Source: Solirubrobacteraceae bacterium
GTDB lineage: Bacteria > Actinomycetota > Thermoleophilia > Solirubrobacterales > Solirubrobacteraceae
DNA: 59,031 bases
Direction: 5' to 3'
Assembly: GCA_035515315.1 (NCBI GenBank)
Contig: DATJBO010000072.1
Span: forward strand, 1 to 59,031
Shown here: one piece after another, positions 27,638 to 36,788 of the stretch
Numbering within the stretch: the first letter of the stretch is position 1
Layout: each line of letters begins with the position of its first letter
Notes under the pieces: model-generated
The model's database searches: none
What the model was told of the DNA's origin: nothing
Seen by the model: only the letters and a program-made list of their open reading frames with translations
Made by a program: the position numbers and the translations under genes

Positions 27638-27899
27638 ATGAGCGTCGGCGACAGGTTCCGGTTCGTTCCCCGGCCGCTCGGTCGCGACCTCTCCCGGCGG
27701 GGGAGCGTTCGTTTTCTCCTCGGCCGACATCCACCGCGTGCTGCACTGCGGCAGCGCTCCAGCGGTGACGTTGCACGTCTACTCGCCCCCGTTGCTGCGC
27801 ATGGGTGCCTACTACCTCGACGAGGACGGACTGCTCGCCCGGCGCGCGATGACTCCCGAGCAGGAGCTGCGCCCGCTCTCGACGGCCCGCGCGGCCTGA
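27638..27899 (+). pseudogene. Internally deleted cysteine dioxygenase-family (cupin) gene
   Basis: About 19 N-terminal codons (MSVGDRFRFVPRPLGRDLS) joined out of frame to AFVFSSADIHRVLH..AVTLHVYSPPLLRMGAY..ELRPL*; 262 nt, not a multiple of 3. Confidence 0.7.
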
Positions 27900-27942
27900 G
27901 GCTGCGCGCGGCTCGCCCGGGCAGCCGGTATAACCCGGCGGC

Positions 27943-28698
27943 GTGGGTGAGCGAGTGGCGGTGGTCACCGGCGGGGCCCGCGGCATCGGAGCCGCGGCCG
28001 CGGTCGCTCTCGCGCGATCGCAACGCGACGTGGCCGTCGGCGACATCCGCGAGGCCGAGGCGCAGGACGTCGCGGCGCAGGTCGAGGCGCTCGGCCGCCG
28101 CGCGGTCGCGGTGGCCCTCGACGTGACCGACGGCGCCTCCGTCGCCGCCGCCGCGCGGGAGGTGGAGGCACGGCTCGGGGCGGTCGAGGTGCTCGTCAAC
28201 TGCGCGGGCTGGGACGAGTTCCACCCGTTCCTGGAGACCGAGGAGCAGTTCTGGCGGAAGGTGATCGCGATCAACCTCGAAGGCGCGCTGCTGACGACGC
28301 GGGAGCTGCTCGGAGGGATGATCGAACGCGGCTGGGGACGGATCGTGAACGTCAGCTCCGATGCCGCCCGCGTGGGCTCCTCCCAGGAGGCGGTGTATGC
28401 GGCGGCGAAGGCCGGGGTGGTCGCGTTCACCAAGACCATCGCCCGGGAAGCGGCCACCAGCGGGGTCACGGCCAACGCGGTCTGTCCCGGTCCCACCGAG
28501 ACGGGACTGTTGAGCGAGATGGCCGCCGGCGCGCCCGACACCGAGCGGCTGCTGGCCTCCCTCACCCGGGCGGTGCCGATGCGCCGGCTCGGGCGCCCCG
28601 AGGATGTCGCGGCGGCGGTAGCGTTCCTCGCCGGTGAGGACGCCGGCTACATCACCGGCCAGACCCTGTCGGTGAGCGGCGGGCTGACGATGGCATGA
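27943..28698 (+). CDS. badH: SDR oxidoreductase, 2-hydroxycyclohexanecarboxyl-CoA dehydrogenase-like
   Basis: TGGARGIG, NCAGWD, SSDAARVGS, YAAAK, VCPGPT, GQTLSVSGGLTM; adjacent BadI-like gene. Confidence 0.8.
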   Translation: MGERVAVVTGGARGIGAAAAVALARSQRDVAVGDIREAEAQDVAAQVEALGRRAVAVALDVTDGASVAAAAREVEARLGAVEVLVNCAGWDEFHPFLETEEQFWRKVIAINLEGALLTTRELLGGMIERGWGRIVNVSSDAARVGSSQEAVYAAAKAGVVAFTKTIAREAATSGVTANAVCPGPTETGLLSEMAAGAPDTERLLASLTRAVPMRRLGRPEDVAAAVAFLAGEDAGYITGQTLSVSGGLTMA

Positions 28699-28720
28699 CC
28701 GTGCAGACAGGGGTGGCCAG

Positions 28721-29518
28721 GTGACCGAGGCGGAGCTCACGGACGTCCGCTACGAGGAGCAGGACGGGCTCGCGTGGATCACGATCGACCGCCCTGCGCG
28801 ACTCAACGCGTTCACCGCCCACACCGTCGAGGAGCTGATCGGGTGCTTCAAGCGCGCCTGGGCGGCCCCCCAGGTCGGCGTGGTGGCGCTCACGGGCGCG
28901 GGGGAGAGGGCGTTCTGCGTGGGCGGGGACCAGCAGCAGCGGCGCAGCACCGGAGACTACGGCCCGTCGCGCACCGGCCTGTTCGAAATCGAGGAGCTCC
29001 ACCGCGTGATCCGGGAGGTCCCGAAGCCGGTGATCGCGGCCGTCAACGGCCTCGCGATCGGGGGCGGTCACGTGCTGCACGTGATCTGCGACCTCTCGAT
29101 TGCCGCCGACCACGCCCGCTTCGGCCAGGCGGGCCCGCGCGTCGGGTCCTTCGACGCGGGCTTCGGCACCGGCTATCTCGCACGGGTCGTCGGCGAGAAG
29201 CGCGCGCGGGAGATCTGGTTCCTGTGCCGGCAGTACGGCGCCGAGGAGGCCGAGCGCTGGGGACTCGTCAACAGCGTCGTCCCGATCGCCGGGCTGGCCG
29301 ACGAGGTCCGTCGCTATGCCGAGGAGATCCTCGCCCTCTCGCCGACGGCGTTGCGCTTCCTCAAGCAGTCCTTCAACGCCGACAGCGAGCACCTCGCCGG
29401 CCAGGCGGCGCTCGCCTTCAGCGGCCTCGAGCAGTTCGTGGCCTCGGAGGAGGCCCGCGAGGGGATCAGCGCCTTCGACGAGAAGCGTCCGCCCGACTTC
29501 CGCCGCTTCAGGACGTAG
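28721..29518 (+). CDS. badI: Crotonase family, 2-ketocyclohexanecarboxyl-CoA hydrolase (BadI/MenB-like)
   Basis: AFCVGGDQ, IEELHRVIREVPKPVIA, GSFDAGFG..LARVVGEKRAREIW, KQSFN. Confidence 0.75.
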   Translation: MTEAELTDVRYEEQDGLAWITIDRPARLNAFTAHTVEELIGCFKRAWAAPQVGVVALTGAGERAFCVGGDQQQRRSTGDYGPSRTGLFEIEELHRVIREVPKPVIAAVNGLAIGGGHVLHVICDLSIAADHARFGQAGPRVGSFDAGFGTGYLARVVGEKRAREIWFLCRQYGAEEAERWGLVNSVVPIAGLADEVRRYAEEILALSPTALRFLKQSFNADSEHLAGQAALAFSGLEQFVASEEAREGISAFDEKRPPDFRRFRT

Positions 29519-29562
29519 AGCTCGACGCTCCGAGGAGTGCCGCGCCGGACAGATGGAGGCTC

Positions 29563-29650
29563 CCCCGCCACCGGGGGATTGAGTCCTCGCCACCGGGGGA
29601 TTGAGTCCCCGCCACCGGAGGATTGAGTCTCCGCCACCGGCAGATGGGGT
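29563..29650. repeat. Intergenic 22-bp tandem array (4 units)
   Basis: CCCCGCCACCGGGGGATTGAGT-like units at 29563, 29585, 29607 and 29629, with no spacers. Confidence 0.9.
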
Positions 29651-29726
29651 CGCGCCCCGATACGGATGCCCGGACCTTTGTCTCATCGTGTGCGGAGAGA
29701 CGTCGACCGCGAGAAGGGAGCCTCCC

Positions 29727-29927
29727 ATGGCACGAATCCTCATCACCGCAGAGCGCGGCGAGACGCGCGAGCCACCGGTGCTGCTCGACGAGCGCGTGCT
29801 CCCGATCCACCTCACCGACGGCCACGCCGCGGAGCAGCTGGTCGAGCGGATCGGGTGGGCCATCAACGACGCCGAGGAGCTCGCCCGGCAGGACCACGCC
29901 GGCCCGGGCGAGGTGAGCCGCAGATGA
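29727..29927 (+). CDS. Small hypothetical protein (66 aa)
   Basis: GAAGGGAG RBS; MARILIT..LLDERV..H..QLVERIGWAINDAE; ATGA overlap with the next gene. Confidence 0.7.
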   Translation: MARILITAERGETREPPVLLDERVLPIHLTDGHAAEQLVERIGWAINDAEELARQDHAGPGEVSRR

Positions 29928-30640
29928 CGAGCGTTCTCGACAGCCGCCCCGCCCGCCGCCCCGCCGGCCGCGCGGGCCGTCCCACCGATCCGAGCAGATC
30001 CAGCGCAACCAGGATCCTCGTGGTCGACGACCATCCCGCCGTTCGCTGGGGCCTGGTCCAGCTGCTGGAAGACCAGCGGGACCTCGAGGTCGCCGTGGTC
30101 GCCACCACCGCCGAGGCGGCCGTCGGGCAGGCCGAGAACGACACGATCGACGTGGCGGTCGTCGATTACCAGCTCGGCGGGCGCAACGGCCTGTGGGCGA
30201 CCCGCAAGCTGCGTGCGCTGCCGGCACCACCGCGGGTGGTGGTCTTCTCCGCCTTCGCCAACGATCACCTGGCGGCCAACTGCATCGTCGCCGGCGCACA
30301 CGCCCTGCTCAGCAAGAGCAGCCTCGGAGAGGAGCTGTGCAGCACGATCCGTACGGTGGCCCACGGGCGGGTGCTGATCCGGCGGGTGCCGTCGGCGATG
30401 GTCCAGCTGCTCGGAGGCCGGCTCGACCAGGAGGAGCAGATCACGTTCGGCATGCTGCTGGCCCGGCTACCGGAGAGCGAGATCCAGCGCGTGCTCGCGG
30501 TAAGCGGCGAGGAGCTCATGCGGCGGCGCGCCCGGATCCTCGCCAAGCTCGAAGCCCTCCCGGGCGAAGCACCCGGCGACGAGGGCAACCGGCGCCGGGA
30601 GCGTGCGGTGAGCTCCTACCTGGGGGTGGAGCGCTGCTGA
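29924..30640 (+). CDS. Response regulator with divergent LuxR-like output domain
   Basis: ILVVDDHPAVR, VAVVDYQL, VVFSA, LSKS receiver motifs. Confidence 0.85.
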   Translation: MTSVLDSRPARRPAGRAGRPTDPSRSSATRILVVDDHPAVRWGLVQLLEDQRDLEVAVVATTAEAAVGQAENDTIDVAVVDYQLGGRNGLWATRKLRALPAPPRVVVFSAFANDHLAANCIVAGAHALLSKSSLGEELCSTIRTVAHGRVLIRRVPSAMVQLLGGRLDQEEQITFGMLLARLPESEIQRVLAVSGEELMRRRARILAKLEALPGEAPGDEGNRRRERAVSSYLGVERC

Positions 30641-30675
30641 TTGGCAGCCGGTCGCCGGAGGGCGAGAATGTTCTC

Positions 30676-31725
30676 GTGAGCGATCACGTCGACTATCAGC
30701 CGTATGTGGGCGAGCGTCATCCCGCGGGCTCCGGCGACGCGGATACCGCTGCCGGCGGCGGACGCCGCAGCTACGTGCCCCTGTTCGGGCGGATCGTGCT
30801 GGCCAACCTGGCGGTCCTGCTGGTGGCGTGCTTCGTCATCTACGTGGTCGTCACGCCCGCGCGACTCTCGAAGCTGGCCACCGACGAGGCCCTGGTCGTC
30901 ACGCTGTGCCTGGTCACGCTCGTGAACCTGGTCCTGGTCCGCCGCGTGGTGGTGCCGCTCCAGCAGCTCACCTTGTTCGCCCGCCGGTTCGATCCGGTCG
31001 AGCCGGGCACGCGCTTCCCCGGCGCGGGTGAGCGCTCGGAGGCGGGCGAGCTGGCGCTCACCTTCAACGAGATGCTCGAGCGCCTGGAGCACGAGCGTGC
31101 GGAGTCGGCCCGCTCGGTGCTCGCCGCACACGAGGGGGAGCGGCTGCGCGTCGCCCAGGAGCTCCACGACGAGGTCGGCCAGACGCTCACCGCCGTGCTG
31201 CTACAGCTGAGCCGCGTCCACGGCCGGCTCGACGGCGAGCTGGGGCCGGTCCTGGGCGAAGCGCAGGATGCGGTCCGCGACAGCCTCGAGGACGTCCGGC
31301 GGATCGCCACCGAACTGCGTCCCGAGACGCTCGCCGAGCTGGGGCTGGTGAGCGCGCTCGCGACCCTGTCCGAGAACTTCAGCCGCCGCACCGGGATCCT
31401 CGTCGAGCAGGACCTCCAGCCGGACCTCCCCGCGCTCCCGGAGGAGACGGAACTGGCGGTCTACCGCGTCGCCCAGGAGGCGCTCACCAACGTGGCCCGC
31501 CACGCCGACGCCGACCGCACCGAGCTGCGCCTGCTCGACGGCGCCACGGAGCTGACGCTGGTGGTCCGCGACTACGGCCGTGGGCTGCCGGGGCCGCGCG
31601 TCGACGGTAACGGGATCCGCGGCATGCGCGAACGCGCCGGGGCGATCGGAGGCCGGGTGCGCGTGGGGGCGCCTCCGGAGGGCCCGGGAAGCGAGGTGCG
31701 GCTCGAGGTGCCGCTGACGCGATGA
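30676..31725 (+). CDS. Sensor histidine kinase (2 TM, HAMP, HisKA_3, HATPase)
   Basis: ERLRVAQELHDEVGQ, YRVAQEALTNVARHA, DYGRG, GIRGMRER; start uncertain. Confidence 0.9.
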   Translation: MSDHVDYQPYVGERHPAGSGDADTAAGGGRRSYVPLFGRIVLANLAVLLVACFVIYVVVTPARLSKLATDEALVVTLCLVTLVNLVLVRRVVVPLQQLTLFARRFDPVEPGTRFPGAGERSEAGELALTFNEMLERLEHERAESARSVLAAHEGERLRVAQELHDEVGQTLTAVLLQLSRVHGRLDGELGPVLGEAQDAVRDSLEDVRRIATELRPETLAELGLVSALATLSENFSRRTGILVEQDLQPDLPALPEETELAVYRVAQEALTNVARHADADRTELRLLDGATELTLVVRDYGRGLPGPRVDGNGIRGMRERAGAIGGRVRVGAPPEGPGSEVRLEVPLTR

Positions 31726-32375
31726 CGCGGCTGAAGTCCAGGATCCTGCTCGCCGACGACCACAACCTCGTCAGGCGCGGCCTGCGTCACATCCTCGACG
31801 CCCAGCCCGACCTCGAGGTGACGGCTGAGGCCGCCGACGGCGCCGAGGCCGTGAGAGCCGCGCTGGAGGGCGAGCTCGACCTCGCGATCCTCGACATCTC
31901 GATGCCGCGGATGACGGGCCTGCAGGCCGCCCGGGAGCTGCACAGGCGCCGGCCCGAGCTGCCGATCCTGATCCTCACGATGCACGAGAACGAGCAGTAC
32001 CTGCGTGAGGCACTGCGCGCCGGTGCCTCCGGCTACGTCGTCAAGAAGGTGGCCGACCGCGACCTCGTCGAGGCGGTGCGCGCCACGCTCCGGGGGGGCG
32101 AGTTCCGCTATCCGGGAGCCGGCAGCGAGGCGATCCAGGATGCGCTGCGGGCGGCCCGCGAAGGCGAGGACCCGGGCCAGCCGCTCACCCCGCGGGAGAC
32201 CGAGATCGTCAAGCTGATCGCGGAAAGCTACACGACGAAGGAGATCGCCCAGGCCCTGTTCATCGCCGAGAAGACGGTCGACAGCCACCGCGCGAACGTG
32301 ATGGAGAAGCTCGGCCTCCACGACCGCGTGGAGCTGACCAGGTACGCGATCCGCAACGGCCTCGTGGAGGCGTGA
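31722..32375 (+). CDS. NarL/FixJ family response regulator
   Basis: LADDH, LDISMP, LTPRETEIVKLIAE, TVDSHRANVMEKL. Confidence 0.93.
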   Translation: MTRLKSRILLADDHNLVRRGLRHILDAQPDLEVTAEAADGAEAVRAALEGELDLAILDISMPRMTGLQAARELHRRRPELPILILTMHENEQYLREALRAGASGYVVKKVADRDLVEAVRATLRGGEFRYPGAGSEAIQDALRAAREGEDPGQPLTPRETEIVKLIAESYTTKEIAQALFIAEKTVDSHRANVMEKLGLHDRVELTRYAIRNGLVEA

Positions 32376-32413
32376 AACGACGGCGTAGGCGCGTCGCGCG
32401 ATACTCCGGCGAG

Positions 32414-32806
32414 ATGTCGGAGCAGAACGTGGCCCGGGTCCAAGAGGCGCTGGAGCGCTTCGCCACCACCGGCGAGCCGCCCTGGGATGCGCTGCATTCG
32501 GAGGTGGTGGTCCGCGACCACGACATCATGGACGCCCACGACTACCGTGGCCACGCGGGGTTCGCACGCTGGCTGGAAGACTGGGCCGCGGCCTGGTCGG
32601 AGAGCAGCATCGAGCCGGAGGACTTCATCGACGCCGGCCCACTCGTGCTCGTGTACATCCGACAGCGGACGATCGGCCACGGGAGCGGGGTCGCGCTCGA
32701 GCGCGAGGACGCGATGCTGTTCGATTTCCGCGACGGGAAGATCGCCAGCCTGGACTACTACAACAGCCGCGACCAGGCCCGCACGGCGGCCGGGCTCGAG
32801 GGCTGA
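32414..32806 (+). CDS. SnoaL-like NTF2 family protein
   Basis: MSEQNV, YRGHAG..WLEDW..W, FIDAG, G.GSG, FRDGKI motifs. Confidence 0.85.
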   Translation: MSEQNVARVQEALERFATTGEPPWDALHSEVVVRDHDIMDAHDYRGHAGFARWLEDWAAAWSESSIEPEDFIDAGPLVLVYIRQRTIGHGSGVALEREDAMLFDFRDGKIASLDYYNSRDQARTAAGLEG

Positions 32807-32846
32807 GCGCGAGGGTTTCGCTCGTCGTCGCGGCGAGCCGCGACGA

Positions 32847-34133
32847 TCATGCGCCCAGGCAGCGCGCCGTGTAGCCGTTGGCGAACACCCGGCCGGGGTC
32901 CAGGCGATCGCGTACCGCCAGGAAGTCACGGAAGCGCGGGTAGCGCTCGGCCAGGGCGGAGCTGGTGAGCATGTGGCGCTTGCCCCAGTGGGGCCTGCCG
33001 CCGTACTCGCCGGCGATCGCCTCCACCGCCTCGAAGTAGGGGCGCCACTCCATGCCCATGTACTGGTGCACTGCCATGTAGAAGGTCTCGCGCTCGAAGG
33101 AGGGGCTCAGCAGCGCGTCGTCGGCGGCCACCATCCGGCACTCGACCGGGAAAGCGACCGGATAGCGCTCGCGGGCGACCCACTCGAGCACCCGTTGCAG
33201 CGCCTCGGGGCCGTGCTCGATCGGCAGCGCGTACTCCATCTCGGTGAAGCGGAAGCGCCGCTCGCTGGAGAACACCCGAAAGCTGCGCTCGACGTACTCG
33301 CCCTCCGAAACCAGCGGGGCGGCGATCCGGTTCAGCGGCGGGATCAGCCCGTGCAACCGCCGTGTCAGGCGAAACATGCCTTCGGCGAGGTAGTAGCCGA
33401 GGATCACCTCCGAGACCGCCTGCGTGACCCGGCCGCGGGGTCGCGCCTGCGCCTCGGTGCGGTTGCGGCTGATCGTGCACGCGTTGCTGGCATACGGGAA
33501 CACGAAGAACTCGTAGTGGTCGTTGTCGCGGACATCGCGGTCGAGGTTCTCGAGCACGTCATCCAGGGAGCGCACCCGGTCGACCCGGTGCAGGTTGAAG
33601 GCCGGCACCGTGCGCAGCGTCACGGCGCTGATCACCCCGAGCGCCCCGAGCGACACGCGCGCCGCGAGCAGTCCCTCGGGGTCCCTGTCGGGGGCCAGCT
33701 CGAGCACCTCTCCCGCGCCGGTCACGAGCTCCAGAGCCGCGACCTGGGCGCTGATGTTGCGCAGCGTGACGCCGGTTCCGTGGGTGGCCGTCGCGATCGC
33801 GCCGGCGAGCGCCTGCTTGTCGATGTCGCCGAGGTTCTCCTGTGCGCGGCCGCGTCGCTCGAGGGCCTCGCTGAGGCTGCGCAGCACGATCCCGGCCTCC
33901 ACCTTCACCAGCTCGCCGTCCGCGTCGAGCACCCGGTTGAGCGCGCCGAGATGAAGCATCACGCCGTCGGTCAGCGCGCACTCGCTGAACGAGTGCCCGG
34001 TGCCCGCGACCTTCACCGTGCGGCCGCCGGCGGCGGCGCGCGCGACCACATCGACGAGCTCATCGCGGTCGCGCGGAGCGACCTGCTCGACCGGCGTGCA
34101 GCGCTGGTCGCCGGTCCAGTTGCTCCAGCTCAC
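32847..34133 (-). CDS. FAD-linked sugar-lactone oxidase (D-arabinono/L-gulono-1,4-lactone oxidase family)
   Basis: WSNWTG, GTGHSFS, ATATHGTG, FTEMEY, GRPHWGK. Confidence 0.92.
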   Translation of the reverse strand: MSWSNWTGDQRCTPVEQVAPRDRDELVDVVARAAAGGRTVKVAGTGHSFSECALTDGVMLHLGALNRVLDADGELVKVEAGIVLRSLSEALERRGRAQENLGDIDKQALAGAIATATHGTGVTLRNISAQVAALELVTGAGEVLELAPDRDPEGLLAARVSLGALGVISAVTLRTVPAFNLHRVDRVRSLDDVLENLDRDVRDNDHYEFFVFPYASNACTISRNRTEAQARPRGRVTQAVSEVILGYYLAEGMFRLTRRLHGLIPPLNRIAAPLVSEGEYVERSFRVFSSERRFRFTEMEYALPIEHGPEALQRVLEWVARERYPVAFPVECRMVAADDALLSPSFERETFYMAVHQYMGMEWRPYFEAVEAIAGEYGGRPHWGKRHMLTSSALAERYPRFRDFLAVRDRLDPGRVFANGYTARCLGA

Positions 34134-35371
34134 AGGAAGCTCCTGCCCTCGCCCCTGTAGGTGGGCAGCTCATCGACGATCTGGGAGCCCTCCACGAGGT
34201 AGAGCCGGTCGAAGTGCTCGCACAGCTCCCCCGCCTTGACGTGACGGAAGTACACGTTGTCGCCGAGACGCAGGCGGTCGGCGGGGAGGCCGTGCAGCGG
34301 CGTCTGCACCTCGCCCGTCCCCTCCCTGCCGTCCAGCGACAGGCCCGGCGGCAGATACGGGCGGGGCATCCGGTCTCGCCCTCCGACGCCCGAGGCCAGG
34401 TAGCCGCCACCCAGCACCGTCACCGTCGAGGGCCCGGGACGTCGCGAGACCGGCATCGCGAACATCGCGGCCGCCTGGAGGCTGAACGCGCGGAAGCCGT
34501 CGAACAGCACCGGCGCGTAGAAGCCCGACCCGGCCGTGGCCTCGGTGATCGCGGGCTCGGAGGCGACCAGGTGCAGGTCGCCCGTGCCGCCGGCGTTCAC
34601 CAGCTCCAGCTCGGCCACGTCACGGACGGCGGCGATCGCGGCCGACCGCCGGCGCCTGAGCTCCCGGTAGGAGACGCCCTGCATGCCCTGGATGAGCGCC
34701 GAGCGCAGCGTCCCCGCCGCGGGCCCGTCGCCGACCCCCGCGATGTGGCCCTCGTAGCTCATCAGGGCCACCAGCGAGAAGGTGCTCCTGCGGCAGATCT
34801 CCTCGGCCAGCGCGCGCGCCTGGGCGACCGTGTGCACGGGCGTGCGCTTCGGGCCCACCTTCAGGCGCCCGCCGGCCAGCCAAAGCGAGGCGTCGAAGTC
34901 CAGGCACACGCGCACCGGACCCTCGCCCCCGACGACAGCCTCGATCAGGTCGAGGTGCTCGGTCGAGTCGACCATCACGATGGGCGCGCCCCGCGGCTGC
35001 TCGCGGGTCCGGCGAGCGAGCGCGAGCAGGGCCGTGCGGTCCACGCTGGGGTACGCCAGCAGCAGGTTCTCGAATCCCGCCCCGTCCAGCCACAGGGTCT
35101 CGGGAAGGGTGTAGGTGAGCTGGCCCTCCAGCCCTGCGTAGCGGTCCAGCAGCAGGCGCTGCATGCCGCGGCACCGCAGCGACTTGGAAGCCAGCCTGAT
35201 CGGCTTGCCGGCCGCCCGCTCCAGCATCTGGAGAGCGTTCAGATGCAGCGCATCGAGGTCGACGAACGCGAAGGGCGCCTCCAGGCCCGCGAACGCCTGT
35301 GAGTAGCGCGCCAGGCGGCCCTCGGACGTGAGGTCGGCCGCCGGCGCGGCGCGGATGCCGGTCGTCCCCAT
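34130..35371 (-). CDS. PLP fold-type III amino acid deaminase/aldolase (DSD1/alanine racemase N-terminal family)
   Basis: PIRLASKSLRC, MSYEGHIAG, NAGGTG, GEVQTP, FRHVKAGELCEHF. Confidence 0.88.
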   Translation of the reverse strand: MGTTGIRAAPAADLTSEGRLARYSQAFAGLEAPFAFVDLDALHLNALQMLERAAGKPIRLASKSLRCRGMQRLLLDRYAGLEGQLTYTLPETLWLDGAGFENLLLAYPSVDRTALLALARRTREQPRGAPIVMVDSTEHLDLIEAVVGGEGPVRVCLDFDASLWLAGGRLKVGPKRTPVHTVAQARALAEEICRRSTFSLVALMSYEGHIAGVGDGPAAGTLRSALIQGMQGVSYRELRRRRSAAIAAVRDVAELELVNAGGTGDLHLVASEPAITEATAGSGFYAPVLFDGFRAFSLQAAAMFAMPVSRRPGPSTVTVLGGGYLASGVGGRDRMPRPYLPPGLSLDGREGTGEVQTPLHGLPADRLRLGDNVYFRHVKAGELCEHFDRLYLVEGSQIVDELPTYRGEGRSFL

Positions 35372-35400
35372 CCCGGCCGACACTACCGCTCGCGGCGCTC

Positions 35401-35447
35401 GCGGCGGCGCCGGCCGGAGCGGGAGCGGCGGCGCGGCCGGAGCGGGA
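35401..35447. repeat. About 24-bp intergenic tandem duplication between divergent genes
   Basis: GCGGCGGCGC(C)GGCCGGAGCGGGA twice. Confidence 0.7.
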
Positions 35448-35525
35448 GCGCCCGCGCCCCCGGGGCTGGGCGCCGCGGCGGCATAGGCGCCGCACGTCAG
35501 GGGCGCGGATGCATAGCCTGTGGCG

Positions 35526-36767
35526 GTGGCCGACGTCCTCGATCACACGCCCGCCGGTCCGACGGCCGACCTGCGGACGCTGCGCGAGGTGGTGGAGCGC
35601 CTGGCGGGCCTCGACCGCACGCCCTGCTCCCCCGGTGAGCGTGAGGCAGCCCGGTGGATCGCCGGGCGGCTCCACGATGGGGGCGTCCGCGATGTGGTCC
35701 TCGAGGAGGAGCCGAGCTGGGGGACCTTCCTGCCGCAGATCACCGCGCTGGGAGCGCTCGGCGTGCTCGCCGGGCTGCTCGCCGCCGCGCGCCGCCGGCG
35801 CGCGGCCTCGTGCTGCGCCGTGGTGGCCGTGGCGGGGATCGTGGACGAGGCGCAGAACGGCCCCCGCCTGCTGCGGCGGGCGGTGCGCCGGAGGCGGAGC
35901 ACCGTGAATGTGGTCGCGTGCGCGGGCAACCCGCGGGCGACTCGCACACTCGTCGTGCACGCCCACCACGACGCGGCCCAGACGGGGCGCTTCTACGACC
36001 AGCGCCTGATGATCGCGCTGCACCGCCACCGGCCGCAGCTCACGGCCCGGCTGAAACGGCAGCTGCCGCAGTGGTGGCTGGGGCTGCTCGCGCCGCTCGG
36101 GGCGCTGGCGACGAACGGGCTCGGGCGCCGCACCCCGGCGCTGCTCGGCGCGCTGCTGGGCTCGCTCGCCGTCGCCGCCGCCGCCGAGATCTGGCGCAGC
36201 CCGACGGTGCCCGGCGCCAACGACAACCTCTCGGGCGTCGCGGCGCTTCTGGCGCTCGCCGAGATGGTGCGCCGTCAGCCGGTGGGCGACCTGCGCCTGC
36301 TGCTCGTCTCCTGCGGAGCCGAGGAGACGCTCCAGGACGGCATCCGCGCGTTCGTCGCCTCCCACCGGGAGGACCTCGCGCCCGGCCGGACCTGGTTCTT
36401 GAACCTCGACCAGATCGGCTCGCCGAACCTCGTGATGCTCGAGGGCGAGGGGCCGATCTGGATGGAGGAGCACACCGACCCGAGCTTCCGCGACCTGATC
36501 GAGGACGTGGCCCGCGAGCAGGGGATCGAGCTCGAGCGCGGCCTGCGCGCGCGGGCCTCGACTGACACCGTGATACCCAGCCGCGCGGGCTATCCGAGCG
36601 CGTTCGTCGGCTCGATCACCGAGTGGCGCCTGCCGGCGAACTACCACCTGATGACCGACACCCCCGAGAACCTGGACTACGGCGCCGTGGCGCGCGCGAC
36701 CACGCTCGCGTATGGCGTCGCGGCGCGTCTCGCAGCCGGCCCGGCGCGAGGCGACCGGCGCGCGTAG
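35526..36767 (+). CDS. Membrane M28 family metallopeptidase
   Basis: AHHD, GANDNLSG, GAEE, NLD, STD, NYH motifs; TAGCCT 6 nt before GTG. Confidence 0.88.
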   Translation: MADVLDHTPAGPTADLRTLREVVERLAGLDRTPCSPGEREAARWIAGRLHDGGVRDVVLEEEPSWGTFLPQITALGALGVLAGLLAAARRRRAASCCAVVAVAGIVDEAQNGPRLLRRAVRRRRSTVNVVACAGNPRATRTLVVHAHHDAAQTGRFYDQRLMIALHRHRPQLTARLKRQLPQWWLGLLAPLGALATNGLGRRTPALLGALLGSLAVAAAAEIWRSPTVPGANDNLSGVAALLALAEMVRRQPVGDLRLLLVSCGAEETLQDGIRAFVASHREDLAPGRTWFLNLDQIGSPNLVMLEGEGPIWMEEHTDPSFRDLIEDVAREQGIELERGLRARASTDTVIPSRAGYPSAFVGSITEWRLPANYHLMTDTPENLDYGAVARATTLAYGVAARLAAGPARGDRRA

Positions 36768-36788
36768 GACCCTTCGGCACTCCTCCGG

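Noticed and set aside
28721-29518. Assigning menB
   Set aside because: No men genes nearby; a BadH-like neighbour and BadI-like segments fit better, though not proven
29563-29650. Possible CRISPR array
   Set aside because: Units are contiguous with no unique spacers, and no cas genes are in the window
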